Below are positions 34,311 through 47,700 of a stretch of DNA of 64,000 bases, one piece after another. Numbering within the stretch: the stretch's first letter is position 1; each line of letters starts with the position of its first letter. The translations under genes were made by a program, and so were the position numbers. The notes below the pieces were generated by a model, which was given only the letters and a program-made list of their open reading frames with translations, ran no database searches and was not told the origin of the DNA. The stretch spans positions 124,001 through 188,000 of the forward strand of contig DF236968.1 of the NCBI GenBank assembly GCA_000708835.1, given 5' to 3'. The DNA is from Klebsormidium nitens (Eukaryota > Plantae > Klebsormidiophyceae).

Positions 34311-36790
34311 ATGGAGGCTTTATCTGCGGAGGCGCCGCAACATGATCTTGCCAAAGAGGAGAGGGAAGTGTCTGAAGGTGACAGCGTTCACCTGAGCTTT
34401 GGCTACGGCTCAGACTTGACACAGTTTAGCGATAGGGTGATTCGAGTGCATGTGGTTCAGGATGATGATCAGGAAGAACCGTCTTTTGGCACCCGGCTGA
34501 AGGAGACGTACCTCAGTCAAAGCCATGCAGCTTCGAGCGTTTCTGCCACGGGATCAAACGAACAGTCCGTGGACCTCGAAATGCAGTCAACTGGATGCAC
34601 GACCACGGAGAAAGAACGTGAGTCCAATCACTAGATTGTGTTGCAATGTCAAGCTACTTCTACACTGCAACTCCTGATAAAGCCTACCCTTATGTGCGGC
34701 TGATTCTGTTTTTGTTCACTATTATGTGCCAATGTGTCATGCAAGACCTCTCAGATAACGCATTGCTTAAAGAAACAATATCTAACTCACTGAGGGTCAA
34801 GGGCCAGTCTGGACTGTCACATAAAACTTTACGAATGCAAGTCCACATTCATCCGAATTCAGACTCCAAGCTTAGGGCTGCCAGCCCTTTGCTTCAAGCG
34901 AGAAACCAGATTGATCCGTCGAAAGAGTCGTATTTCCTGAGCTTTTTCGCATCACTCCCAGACAAATATAGGATCTCTGCTTTGCTGCAATATATATGTA
35001 CCGCCGCTTCTTCTAGCCTTGACTTCGTCTCCTTAGGCTGACTTTCTCTCTGGTTCTCTTGCAGGAGGATGGTCGTATGACATCCCCATCAGCAGCTTAA
35101 TCGTCGCCGCTCATTCGGAATACTTCAAGACGATGCTACTATCAGGCCTCCAGGAAAGCAGAACGAAAGAGAAACCAATCGAAGTGACGCTCTGTCCACA
35201 AGGTGTGAACACTTCTTGGAAGCCGCCTTTGGCAAGCCAGACATTCACCTGAGCATGAGTCTGCCGCCAGCGCTTCCATCAAAACATACGACAAGATATA
35301 TAAGCGTCAATCTTCCCGGTTTCAGATGAACGAAAGAGACGCGTCAGCTACAGGTCAATACTTCTTTGTTGGCTGATTGGGTCTAAGATTGATCGGGGTC
35401 GAGACCATCTTTTGGCAGCACAGATGAAAGGTTCGAAAGCGTTTGACAATTTCGGCTGTTGACTTTTCCGAGTTTGTTTAATGTACGACCAGGCATAAGA
35501 AGTCTAAGTCTCCTTGCAGCATCTTTGGAGCTGCTCGGCGTTGGAGCAAACTTTTGAAAGATCACTCTATTGCAGAGAGCAGAGAATCCTTCTCTACCTT
35601 CTGTTCTTTCCTTTGCCTAGCCAGGTCTTCTTCTTTCTAAAATCCATTATTGCAATCCATTTCCTTAACTTGCAACGATCCTATAACTGAGGCTCTTGTC
35701 TTCTGAGTCTTCTGGATTGCGTTATTGCTGTCAGGCCCAGCTGTCAGACGAGGCGCCGGGACGATTCTCGTCTGACCGGCAGCGAAAAGTCGTGAGGTCG
35801 AACTGACTGCAAATGGTCCGATTCCTTCTTGAGCCAAGAGTGCTATTGACGGTTTCATAGATCGAGAATGTTTGTTCTGCACTCGGCTTTTGTCTTGCAG
35901 GCGCGCACTTCTTCAACATCCTCATCGAGTTTGCGTACACCCATCATATCCCCCCTGACGTCCGCTCCGATAAGGAGTCACTCTGCTGCTTGCTGACGGT
36001 TGCGGACCGTTTCGAGGCGACGCAGTGCATGCAGAAGGGCGCCAAGGAGCTGAAGTCATCACCGACGAGTCTGGAAGATGCCGTTATGTACCTGAACCTT
36101 CCCGAGACTGTGAAACGGCACCCGGCGCTCCGAGACCTGATGGACTCGGTATCCGGACTCACTGGCTGGTCGTTTGAGGACGTTGCCGCTTGCGATAACT
36201 TCTGCGCCATAACGGAGGCTAGCATGATGACACTCGTGAGCCACTTGCGAGTCAGCGACGACCACGTAGAGGCAGTGTTCGCGCTGATGCTCGAGTGGTT
36301 CCGCTTCCGCGGGCCCGAGCGCTGGAGCGGTTTTGAAACGCTCCTTTCTCACCTCGGTTTTTGGCGCATGAGCCCGTCCTTTGTGAGAGAAGAAGTAGAA
36401 GCCTGCCCTGAACTGCGCGGTCGGGAGGGGCGGGCCCTCGTAGAACAGGTAAAAGCGCTAAAAGACCCCTGGGAAGAGGTCAAGGCGGCGGCCGCATCCC
36501 AGGAGTTGGCCGCGCTTCAAGGCGCGGCGATTGTTGTCGCGGGCGCGGCGCCCGCGGCGGGCGGGCCAGCCGCTCCTGCCAAAGTCGGGCCTGATCCAGG
36601 AATGGTGTTCTTCATGATGTTAGGTGGTCTTGCAGGATTCATAGTGCCATTGATATTCGCCACTCCGCATCAATCCGGAAGTGTCGATCTGATCTGTCTG
36701 ACCTTTTCTGGAATCCTGCCTGGTAGCGGTACGGTGATGGGGATGATAATCGGATCGCTATTCGGTCTTAAGCTGAACAGGAGAAGGTAG
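34311..36790 (+). CDS. BTB/POZ-BACK protein (POB1/LRB-like N-terminus) with C-terminal hydrophobic hairpin, copy B, ~444 aa
   Basis: Exons 34311-34617, 35065-35202, 35901-36790 are in phase. FSDRVIRVHV N-terminal motif; BTB core IPISSLIVAAHSEYFKTMLLSGLQES...FNILIEFAYT...LLTVADRF; BACK-like VEAVFALMLEWFR; Ala/Pro linker; two hydrophobic Gly-rich segments. Confidence 0.85.
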
Positions 36791-38694
36791 GGAGGAGAAA
36801 CAAAAGTTCGTTTTCTTTTCATTCACGCTCATTGAACGTGGTGTTCGCATGTCGTGAGGTCTGTATGTCTGCTGCGTATTCACCTGCTCTCACATCAAAC
36901 TTAGAATCCCATTGTATCCGAGTCATACCGTATACCTAGACTGGGCATGGCACCGACCGGGCAGCCTCGCCACGTCAAACTTAGATCGGAACCTTCTTTC
37001 TCACAAATGCGTTGTAAGGCCGACTTCGGCAATTTCAACATATGCATTGAAGCGCGGATTGCTTCAGTACATGACTATAGAAACATTTGTGATTACAAGA
37101 TTGCCCCCGTCGGCCTGGTCCTACAATGAATCACTGGACTCCATGTTTTCGGTTCCGAATTAGAAGCAATGAGCTTCATGTTGAAAGGTTAACAATGGCT
37201 TGTCAAGTTGTGGAACGTTTCAGATCAGGTTCAGAAGCAGGTGAAAAGTCGATCACCTGATGTACCTTGACTTCGTATCAAACGACTAGCATGTAGAGCA
37301 TTGAATAAATGTGGCAATGGACTTATGGCAGGGAGAGCACTCAATGTCACAACTTATGAAGACCGAAAGCGTTTGGCCAGACGTTCAATTCGAGATCATG
37401 CAGTCCATCGGAAACCCGAAGTTGAACATGACTTCTCAAGTGCAGAAACTCTACATAGAAGGTCTCTCAGTCGATGCTGCCGAGTCGCATGTTGTGCAAA
37501 TGTACCTTGGTTGGACAGCTTAACGGTGCTTCTTCTCAGGTCCAACCCAGCCTTTTCTTCGACTCCTTTCTTCCACGGCACTAGGACCTGCGCTGCTGAG
37601 ATACCCCGTTCTCGGATGCGTACAACCAGCAATCAGCGGAAGTGCAGAAGCAATCACCTCATCAAGTCATCAAGGTGCTGCAAACTGCGCAAACCTTACT
37701 TGGACTACAAAGCAAGCCGAACTTCTATAAAGCTCATCCTGACCCCCAGCTTTTCACATCGAGCCTAGTCGAGCCAAGGCTCACCAAATGGAAACAGCTA
37801 AAGGATTAGATGCTCCATACATTGGCAGCCTGTCTAGTACTCAGGCCGCCTGTAAGAATTACGCGCCCCGGCCGGCGGCCGCGTCACGGCACTGCGGTGA
37901 ACCTGCGCGGCTGTCCTTTGAGGGCGGGTATGGAGGATAGGGACCAGAACTCGATCTCAGGTTCCTGATCTCAGGAAGCTACTGTAGGGGGTAGTAATAT
38001 ACGTTTGCCGTACCCCCTTTTGAAGGCTGCGTAAACGTCCAGAGCGCCCGGTAAAAGTGAACGTGATCTCAGGAACTTGCGGTAGGGGGTTCGAGTCTGT
38101 CTATTAAAAGCCCGAGGCATCTAATGGTTCTCAGTAGGCAGCCGAGCGCCGTCTGATGCAAACTGAGGGCTCAGATTCTATGTTCAGGCCCGGCGGTACG
38201 AGGCGGTACACGGGCATCGGTCTCCAGATCGAGAAAGTTTCCGGAGATCAGGAATCGTGGTCCCCGTTCTCCATACCCGCCCTCCCTTTAGGCTGTGTTG
38301 AGTCAGCCGGTGCAGTGGGAGCGTGCGTTAAAAGAACAGGGTGGTATTGCAGAAGCTGCGCTGTGGCTGACAATGCTCCTAGTCATACAATAGAGACAAG
38401 GTGCAAGGTATATTCTCCTCCCAAGCAATGCCCAAGAAGTTGCTGTGCAAGCCTCCGCACATAACAACGAGACACGCACTCAGCTGCGTGCACAAGGTCT
38501 CACACAAAGTCCCGCGTTTGCGCCTACTCAAACCACCCGATCTCAGCGACTGGACATATGATAAGACTCAGCTGAAAAACACCCTCAGCGAGAGACTGTA
38601 AGCAAACAATCTGGCGCCTTGAGTCTACGCTAAAATTTTCGACCTTCTCCTCATTCTGGTCAGCGCACAGCTGAACGGTGCACCGCCACAGAGA

Positions 38695-40799
38695 ATGGAA
38701 GCCGTAGACGCACAGAGGCTTCAGCAGCTGGGGGAAGTACACAGCGTGGAGGCTGGTGACACCGTGCACCTGACCTTTGGTTTTCGCTCCGACTTGACAC
38801 AGTACAGTGACAGGGTGATCCGAGTGCACGTCGTTCAAGAGGAAGCTTCAGAAGAAGGGGAACTTCAGCGAGCCAGATGCTGTCGTATAAACAGCATAGA
38901 TCATGCAGGTTCCAGAACAAGACCTAGTTCGGCTTCGGTGGAGAACGAGCAATTTGTCGACCTGGAAATGCAGTCAGGAGAAGGCAGAGCGGAGGGATCC
39001 AGCAGACGTGAGTGGAATGCATGATTCGTATTTAGTGTTTGTGGCTGGAATCTGAATAGTGACACGCTTGCTGAATGTGTTTGTTCACCGTGCCTCCTGA
39101 AGGTAAGTCTAATGCCTGTGAGAGTAAGAGGTCTGCACACAACTTGCTTCTGACATTCCTTTTCTATGACTCTTGGATACGGCTTGTTTTGTTCAGATCC
39201 GAAGGAAAGCCGCTCAATTCTGAAGGGCGAAAATTTGCGGAGGGTTTGAACGGGTTAGCTCCGAGGGCACAGGAACAGTCTGTGGGATTTTAGCAGCTTT
39301 CAGCAGTGGATCGCAGTCTGTCACCCTCAGTCTGGGTACATGTTTTATTGACTTTGATCAGACCGCGGGGATGACTGCAAAGGAAGTTTTTAGTATTGCG
39401 CAAGTCCTTCAAAGAAGACAGAAGGCGCTGTTTGCTCAACCTAAACGTGCTTAGCTCATCTTGCAGACGCATGGTCATACGACATTCCTGTCAACAGCTT
39501 GATGGTAGCTGGAATCTCCCAATGCTTTAGAACGATGCTGACGTCCGGCCTTCACGAGAGCAAGTCAAAGGAGGAACCAGTCGAGGTGACGCTCTCGCCA
39601 CAAGGTACCCTGCTCTCTTCTTATTATCCCGTCTTAAGAGCTGCTTCTCTGAGCTGACTACGGAGTTGCAAGGTTTAAAGCAATGGAAATCATGTGCCTT
39701 TAAAAACTTTCGTAGAAAGCGCTGCCGGGAGTCTCTCTAAAGCTTCGACTCCTTTCTTTCAACGGTAGAAGCCATCAAAAGATCTACTTGACAATCCACC
39801 TGACAAAGACCGAATGAGTTCACTCTTCGTTTGTGCAATCCTGCTTTCACAGAGGGGAAAGTTTGTCATGCCTTCCCTGAAATACATGCCCTCCTTGCAG
39901 AGGCGCACTACTTCGATATCCTCATCCACTTTGCGTACACTCACCGGATTCCGCAGGAAGTCTGGGCGGACAAGGAGGCGCTCTGCTGGCTGCTCACGGT
40001 CGCAGACCGCTTCGAGGCGCCGGCGTGCATTCACAAATGCGTCAAGGCGCTGACGTCATCTCCAACAACCCTGAACGACGCCATCATGTATCTCAACCTC
40101 CCAGAAACAGTGAAACGGCACAAGGCGCTGCGGGTGTTGATGGACGCCGTTTCTGAATTGACGGGCTGGTCGTTCGAGGAGGTGGCCGCTTGCGAGAGCA
40201 TTCTCACACTGGAAGAATCCAGCTTGACGTGCCTTGTCAGTCGTCTTCGAGACTCGGACGAAAATGTGGAAACGCTATTTAGCCTCATCCTACAATGGTT
40301 CCGTTTCGGAGGGCAGGAGCGTTGGGGCGCACTTGAAAAGCTGCTCTCTCTGCTCGGCTTCTGGCGAATGAACATCTCTTTTCTTAGAAACGAAGTAGAA
40401 AGCTGCCCTGAGCTAGGGTTAGAAGAAGGGCGGGCCTTGGTAGAAAAAGTGAAGGCATTGAAAGATCCTAGGGAGGTTCAAGTTGAAGCGGCGGGCGCGT
40501 GCCAAGCGGCGCCGGCGGGTCCTCAAGCCGCGGCAGTTGTTGTCGCGGGTGCGCCCGCGGTCGCGCCTGCCGCGCCAGTTGGTTTAGATAATGGAGAAAA
40601 GATCTTGATAGGGTTGATGTGCCTGGGGGCTCTTGTAGGATTCGTGTTGCCGTTCGTGTTTTTGATAAAGGCTTTCCAGCAAGGGGATAAGACAATTGGG
40701 TGGGTTTTGCTTGCTTTGACCACAACGGGAGTGCTGCCGTACGCGGGTTGGGTCGTAGGGGCTTTGATTGGAAAGTGCGTGGGACTCGAACTTTCATAA
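38695..40799 (+). CDS. BTB/POZ-BACK protein with C-terminal hydrophobic hairpin, copy C, ~449 aa
   Basis: Exons 38695-39007, 39467-39604, 39901-40799 are in phase, with the same intron positions and the same 138-nt exon 2 as copies A and B. YSDRVIRVHV; SLMVAGISQCFRTMLTSGLHES; YFDILIHFAYT; LLTVADRFEAPAC. Confidence 0.87.
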
Positions 40800-43700
40800 G
40801 TCGAACTTTTCTCTGTTCAGTCAGAAATGTTCCAATGGAACAACAACGCCATATAAATTTCTGATACATAAATCACTGACTGTCCGAACACATCCCGCTC
40901 GTAGTCGTTGCAAGCAACCGTCAACGACTTACCGACGGGTATACACCAGATCATTGATGAGCTTTGTAGCGCATGTGCGCAGTGAAACTCAATGAATGCA
41001 GGCTATACAGCAACGGAGTTGTCGTATCAGTAGGCCGTCTTTCCAATAACCTCGGTGCTCCTTCGAACGTTCCTAGATTCGTCGGGCGGATCATTCGGGA
41101 TCTTTATGCTGGGTAAACTTCGCATGGCTTTCTTGAAGGGAAACGTTTGGACTTGGACCAGAACTGCGAGTATCACACGCCTCGACCTTCTGCACCAAAT
41201 ATTTCCATGGATTGCTGACCTTGATGAGAGAAGGCCACTCTGGTCCAGCAGTTTATTGACCTTCCAAAAGCATTTGATAATATGAGATGATAATCAACTG
41301 CAGAAACCCTCTTGAAGCTATAGTGCTCGCAAGACTCTTCTCAGGCCGGCGAGCTGGAAAACGCCCGCTCAAAAGCTAGCCTGTATTAGGTTGTTTTCGA
41401 TCATTTCTTGCGCACATTTTGACAGTACAACTTAACTCAGATCATCTTGTCAATATGGACTCAATTGGCTCTATTCTATGATGAGCGGGTAAAACGAGAG
41501 ATCCTATGAAGGTGACGAACAAATCGACATCTTCACATCATCTTTCCGCGCCAACGGACTGAAAAGGCGAAGAGTCTTGAATGGAACGCAGAGCCGAAAG
41601 GATAAAACGCGGTGGTCTTGGCAATCGAAATACCGGTCACAATTCGAGGGCATGTAATAGAAGATACAATTTTACTGCATACTGATTTCATTCTCGTATC
41701 CAGGGCTGTACGAGCACCGTTGAATGATTAAAGCTTACCAGGATGAAGAAACAAGAACTAATGATGCTTCTGGCGGCGTACCTACTCCAATACGAAATGT
41801 ATGGTTACTCAGATGAATTTGTAGCATGTTTAGCGAAAGAAATAAAAGATCCGTACGATGATTCGCCTGCTGATTGCATTTAGATTGCTTTGAATGCATT
41901 GTTTGCACTTCGAGAGAGGAAATAGTGCGGGCCAGCGACATCTTTGTAATATTGTAATCTAGATGGCCGCAGCACGAGCTTCCCAGGTCTTCCTGGGTCT
42001 TTTTCCGGGAAGCTTCAACGAGGTCTTCATCTGAAGTGAAGCTCTCGCCCGTGCCTGATTCTGAAGATATTGCACCGGTAGCCTGTTCACGGCGATCGGT
42101 ACCTACCGGCCGATTGTCCACGTGGTTGAAAGGAGCAATCCGGGTGGCCAATTTTGGCCTTCGTTTGAATTCAAGCGCTGAGCTTTCGCACCCGCCGAAC
42201 AGATTATGCGCGCCCATGTCGAAATTCCAGATCCACTTCAAAAGCTCGAGTCGCTTTTTACCGCCCTCGGCCTCGGCATCCAGTTCTTGGGCAGCGATAT
42301 ATTGTCCTGGAGGCTTTCTGAAGAGGATGATAGAAGCAATTCCGTCGATCTAAGACAGCGTTCAGGCCACTGATCATATTAAAAAAAATCATCAATATTC
42401 CCCATCCGCTTCGCCCTTATCGAAGTATAGACCACCCTGTCTGCAGCTTGAAGAAGGTGAGCAGACCTTCTCCTTTCTGTATGTTGCGCCCGCAGCGTGA
42501 GTCTCTCTCAGGGACTATGCTATGATTTAGAAAAGCTGACCGGCGTTCTCAAGCCGCCATATAGCCGCCAACTCAGGGCGATAAAACCTCCAGAAAATTA
42601 TCCGCAAGGATTGCTTTCAAAGCAACTCATGATGCTTTGTATTTGTGTCACGATATCCTGCAGGTTGCTTGTGATAATTGAGCAAAGCAATACGCTTTTG
42701 AATCCCTAGTGGTCGTTGCCTACAAAAGATGCTTGTTTCTGGAATTGATCTTGAGATGCTGATGACTCTCAATGAGGAAAAAAGATCCAGTCACTGCAAG
42801 AGAATGTAGAAATGCATCTTCTCAGGTTGCATCTAGCTCCACAGCTTGGAGCTGCAGCACGATAGAGAACGCTTTGCTCTTCCAGGCACATTCTGAGCTC
42901 TCTTGACTTAGAGACCTCGATACAAGCATATTCTGCGAAAGTTGCACAAAGCGTCATGGCTTCAGCACTCCATCATGAAGGCTGTATGAGCTCTACTCAA
43001 ACGGCTGAGGTTGCTTCAGTAGGAGGTTGGACAACAGCTTCAGGTGAGGAGGACTGGTCCCAAATTAAAGAACATGAAGTTAAGAGGAAGGGGAGGCTCT
43101 TCGCGATCGGCTGCAGAGTCAAAAAGCCTTCTGTCAGGATCTGGTACGGAAAGCATTGTCACCAAAAGTACTTTCATTCAGAGGTAATCATCCGGTATGC
43201 AACCAGGATTAAGAGGTCACTCTGCTGTAGTTTCCAGGAAGCACTTTCCACTTTCTTTAACCGTCAAAAGACATGGAACGAAAAATAAATGTACATGATA
43301 GCAAATCTGCAAGTTTTGCAGTATCGAACATCAAAGTACAATCATGCAAGCTTTTTCCACCATACGTAATTTGCACTCACCGTATCCGCAGATATGTCAT
43401 TCCATCGGTCGAGAAGAGAAAGAACAAGTTTATGTGTCTCGAGTCTATTGCTGGTCCCTTCTTTATGTTTTCAATTCGTCGAGTTTCATTGGCAGGTGGA
43501 GCTGCAAGCAGTCCATCACCTGAAAGTTTGAGGAGAGCACAGGCGCTTTTGCAAGAAGCGGATCACCAAAAAGAGGCTGCTGTGCCCGAGAGCTGGCAGG
43601 AAATGTTGAGCTGGTCAGTACGGCGTATGGTAAGGCACATCCTCTGACATCGGTTTGACGTCGTGCTCTTGACCATTTTCGTATTGACCTTTTAACGGAA

Positions 43701-44789
43701 CTACAAGGAAATTGGCGCGTTTTCTTTCAATCTTTTATTGATTGATTCTACGTCAGTTGCCTCGGTACTTGAGGTATGAAACTTTCAAAGAGCAGGTCAA
43801 TCAACCGTTCGCTTATAACCAATTTTACCCACCTAAATCAGGCTGAGAAAGTAAGGAAGGAGTTTGATGAAAATGATTTCTGCGTGTCCTCCAGATCAGC
43901 GGTGGACAAGCCCCAACCGTCGCTCTCGTCCAGCCTCGCGCAAGCGCTGAGACCCATGGCGGAAACGAAAGGACAATTGATCTGCCTGAACACGTCAAGA
44001 GAAGAAGAACAGAGGAGTAGATAGAGCACTGATTTCGATATATGGTCAAACAGAAGTTGGTCACACAGAACCCGCCCGACTGCTAATTTTTCATACGTGT
44101 CGTGCAATTGCAGCAGTTACCTTGTAAATTTTCATCTCGCGAAAATCTGCGGATGCCTTGCCGGTCTCTTCCGAAAAACAACTTGAATGTATGGTCTTCG
44201 GTTAGCTGGCAAGAATCATTTCTCGCATCATTGGCATGCAGTCCGGCTGTTCGTAGACTTATGGGTCATGGATAACAAGTCTGCGTGTTTTGGATTCCTG
44301 AATGGTGGTACGGCGCAGGGTCTTAGCCAGTAGTACTTCTATAAGCGGGGGCATCTTGATGAGGATCTATGCCAGGCACGCTGCCGGGCCTGAAGCCAAT
44401 CTGAACGAAGCTGACGTTTTGAGTGCGCATCTCCAATATGTTGTGATAGAATGTCATTCTGTACGGTTTGGATCCGGCTTTGACTTCTCCTGAAGTCTGC
44501 AATCACCACGCGAGTCGAAGTCTTCATCCAATACAGCTTTTAGACCACCCGGCTTGTTCGGCTCTAAACGTGCGCGAGCACAGTCAATTCCGTCGGATCA
44601 TGTGATGGGACACGGTAACTGCGGTCAACTTCCAAACGCAACAGATAATGATTCATAGGTGAAGGCGGGCGTGCGCTCATGTGCAGGCAATAAGAGCCAA
44701 TTCAAGCCTGTAAGTTTCTCTTGATGACTAAAATGTGTCTTTACAGAGTTTCCATGGCTACGGACTGTGTCTTTACAGAATTTTTCAGG

Positions 44790-47700
44790 TTACGGACAAT
44801 CCTTGTCCTTCAAAGCATCCTTCACAACGCTGAATAAGGTGCCTTCCAGAACGAACTCAGCAAGACGCTTTAAGTCCGCTGCCTGATCCACTCCAATACT
44901 CCGCACAGCCCCAGTCTGCCCGGTCCCCTTCGCGCGCTCCTCGCGGTCGCCATGCATGACGTTCAGCATGACGTCACCAGCACTCATGCTGACCTCACCG
45001 TCCACGTCCCGAGGCTCCGCCTTTCCTTCTCTGTCTTCTCCACTTTCTTCCGCAGCCTCTCCCCTACCTTCCGTCGAGAATCCGGCGGGATATCCATCAG
45101 ACACCGCTTCCCCGAAAGGTCTGGACGCGTTCCGTTCGGGTGAGACCTCCAAGAGTTCCCCGCTTTCTCCCCGGTCTGCCTTTGCCTCCCCGGCCGTTTT
45201 CCGCCGCATCGACGCCCACGTGGGAACTTCCGCAGACTGCAGACACGGTCCGTCTACCGGACCTGCCTCGCAGGCCGTTCGGACGTCCGGATCCCGGAAC
45301 GCCTCCCGAAGGATTGTTTCGAGGACTTCGCCCACAACCTCCCGGTCCTGCGGTCCGGGTACCGCGCTCTCGGTTGGGACAGCCGGGGGGTTTTCTACCA
45401 GGAAGTGACTCCCGGACTCTCCGAATAGCGACCGGTAGCTCTCCCCCGAATGAACGTGCCCAGTCAAAGTCAGGAACAAACTCGATACGGAGTCCTCAGC
45501 CTGCTCGCCCGACTGAGCAGTTCCGTTGGTTCCGCTGGCCTTGACCGTTCCGCCCGGATTCCGGCCGTCCCGTCTCGTCCGGTAGCTCTCGGTGGTCGCC
45601 TCCAAGACAGACTGGTGACTCAGCGGCGCCCTCCCTTGAGTATCCTTCCCAATTTTGCGGAACGTGTCGACGATTACTTCCTCTTCCCCGGCGATTCGTA
45701 GCGGGAGCTTCTTGTTCTCTTTGCCGGTGTCCCACCGGACGCTGCCACGTGTCCGAGTGGCGCCCGGGGACGAGGGGGAGAGGGACCCGGGACATTTGAC
45801 GGCAGCTTGAGACGGTGCTGGCGCGACGTCGCAGATCATGGTTGCCTGTGAAGAGAAGAAATGGGTGAACGTGCCTTTCAGTTTAAAATGCATTCCCAGA
45901 GCAGAATACTGGCAGACGCGCAAAATGAGCTCTTGAGTAAGCAGAGGTCTTTTCAAGATTGGAAAACAAGCTCTTGGGTGACCAAAGGTCTTCATGAGAT
46001 GGAAAAAAAAAACTCCAATGCGCTAATGAAGCAGATAAACTTCCGAACGGTCAAAACAGTTGAGAAGGCGAGGAATTAGAGGGACTCGGTCTACGAGATC
46101 TTGCAGACCTGCGAGTCATGCTTCGTAAGCTCCGGGAGACCGCCGATCGAAGAGGGCTTCCGCGAGACATTGTTACGGCGTCTTCCAAAACTCAGCTGTC
46201 TCGCCGAGTTTGAAGGAGTAGTAGGCAACGTGCTTGTAAGCACCGTACTGCGATCTAAACGTCACGCTCATTCTACAAAAAGTTAATTGAAGCCTTCGAT
46301 CTGCCTCAGAAGCTTTGCCTCGACTCCTTGCACTACCAGAAAGTATCAGCAGACGTTCCTGAACGAAACACCTTTCACAAAATCTGCAGGCCGTCTCGTT
46401 TTTGGGCACAGAATAACTGCACGCTCAAAGGAGACGTCTCGAGGTCTCTGCGTGCCGTGCCTTCGAAAACGGCTTTCATGAACTTCGACAACCACTGTTT
46501 CCAATTTGAAAGGCGCAGCGATCTTGTAGATTGCCGGACGTCTGCAGCTGCCAATGAGGGCCACTCGCATGCTCAGAAGAACCAAATAGGGGCTCATGGC
46601 CTTCGATTGAAACGCTAACTTGACTGCAAACCGCAGGCCCAACACTTTTGGAGCTTGACACCAAACGCAAAGCCCGAGTCAACTTTTGGTTTTGGAAAAT
46701 GTCCAACCGAATTTGACAGAGAGAGGACAACTAGTAATGGTGCGGAACTCCTACCTCAAACACTGCGGGCTGTGTGCCAGCTGTCATCACCGCTTTGCAC
46801 ACGCACTCTGCCCCAGGGGCCATCGTTCCGCGCTCCGGTTCCACCTTCAAGCGGCCGCACGCGAGACTGTCCGCAGCTAATGACGGTCGCCACGAAAACC
46901 GGACGGTGTCCGAACTCCGGTTCCGTACCGTCACGAGCCGCCGACTTACGGACAGCTCCGGCACGTGCTCGAAGTTAATGCTCTCGACGGACAGAGTCGC
47001 GCGTTGGTTAGGGAGGTTCAGGGTTTGGCGCGGGTTGTACCCTAACCCAAGGTCCAAACCGGGGGTTTCCGGGAGGGACATGTATTCCGGCCGGACTCCG
47101 CGGCCTCTGAGGGTGATATACGTGGTTTCCGCCCCCCACACGAGCAGCGGAAGCTCGACCTCGTATTCGCGCTCCTCGATCGGTGTGAACAGCCACTCGA
47201 GTTGCACGCTCTCGCCGACGGGAATGCAGCCCTCCGGGTTCCGCACGGTTAGCACGTCAAACCCGTGGTTCGCCTCGCTTAACCGGGTTAACGGCTGGGT
47301 GTCGAGCTGGTAACGGATCTCCGACGGGCCGCCGTTCCGAAGCGTCATCCCGCGGAGGGGCGGCCGCCGCTCGCCTAAAACGACCCCCCCGAGATCAAAC
47401 GGGTTCTCGGAAAAGATTAAAAGTTTCTCGTAGAACTCTAGGGTTCTTCCCACGAGGTTCAGCAGCGTGCGGCGACCTTTAGAGATCTCCAGAAGCGCCG
47501 GCAGGCGGTGCGTACCGGGTCTGCCCGGTTGGTACTCGATGCTGACGTGGCAGCTCTCGTCCGGGCTCAGGGTGCCACCCCGGGGGCGCACCTCGAAGAG
47601 GTTCTCCTCTCTGACTTGCGCGCGGTGCTTGTCCTCGGAAGTTCTAGGCTTCCCGGTCTGCACCCAGCTCTCGAGGCTCACGCTTTCTTTGCCCCACAGG

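Noticed and set aside
35330-35880. Nested antisense ORFs in the longer intron 2 of BTB copy B
   Set aside because: Short and without motifs; could be an insertion, but no terminal repeats or target-site duplication were seen.
38080-38100. tRNA-like T-arm GGTTCGAGTC
   Set aside because: No acceptor stem, D arm or anticodon arm can be folded around it.
46346-46645. Extra CFAP65 exon in intron 9
   Set aside because: The flanking exons already join in phase (AVFE|ATMICDV) and no clean splice pair was found.
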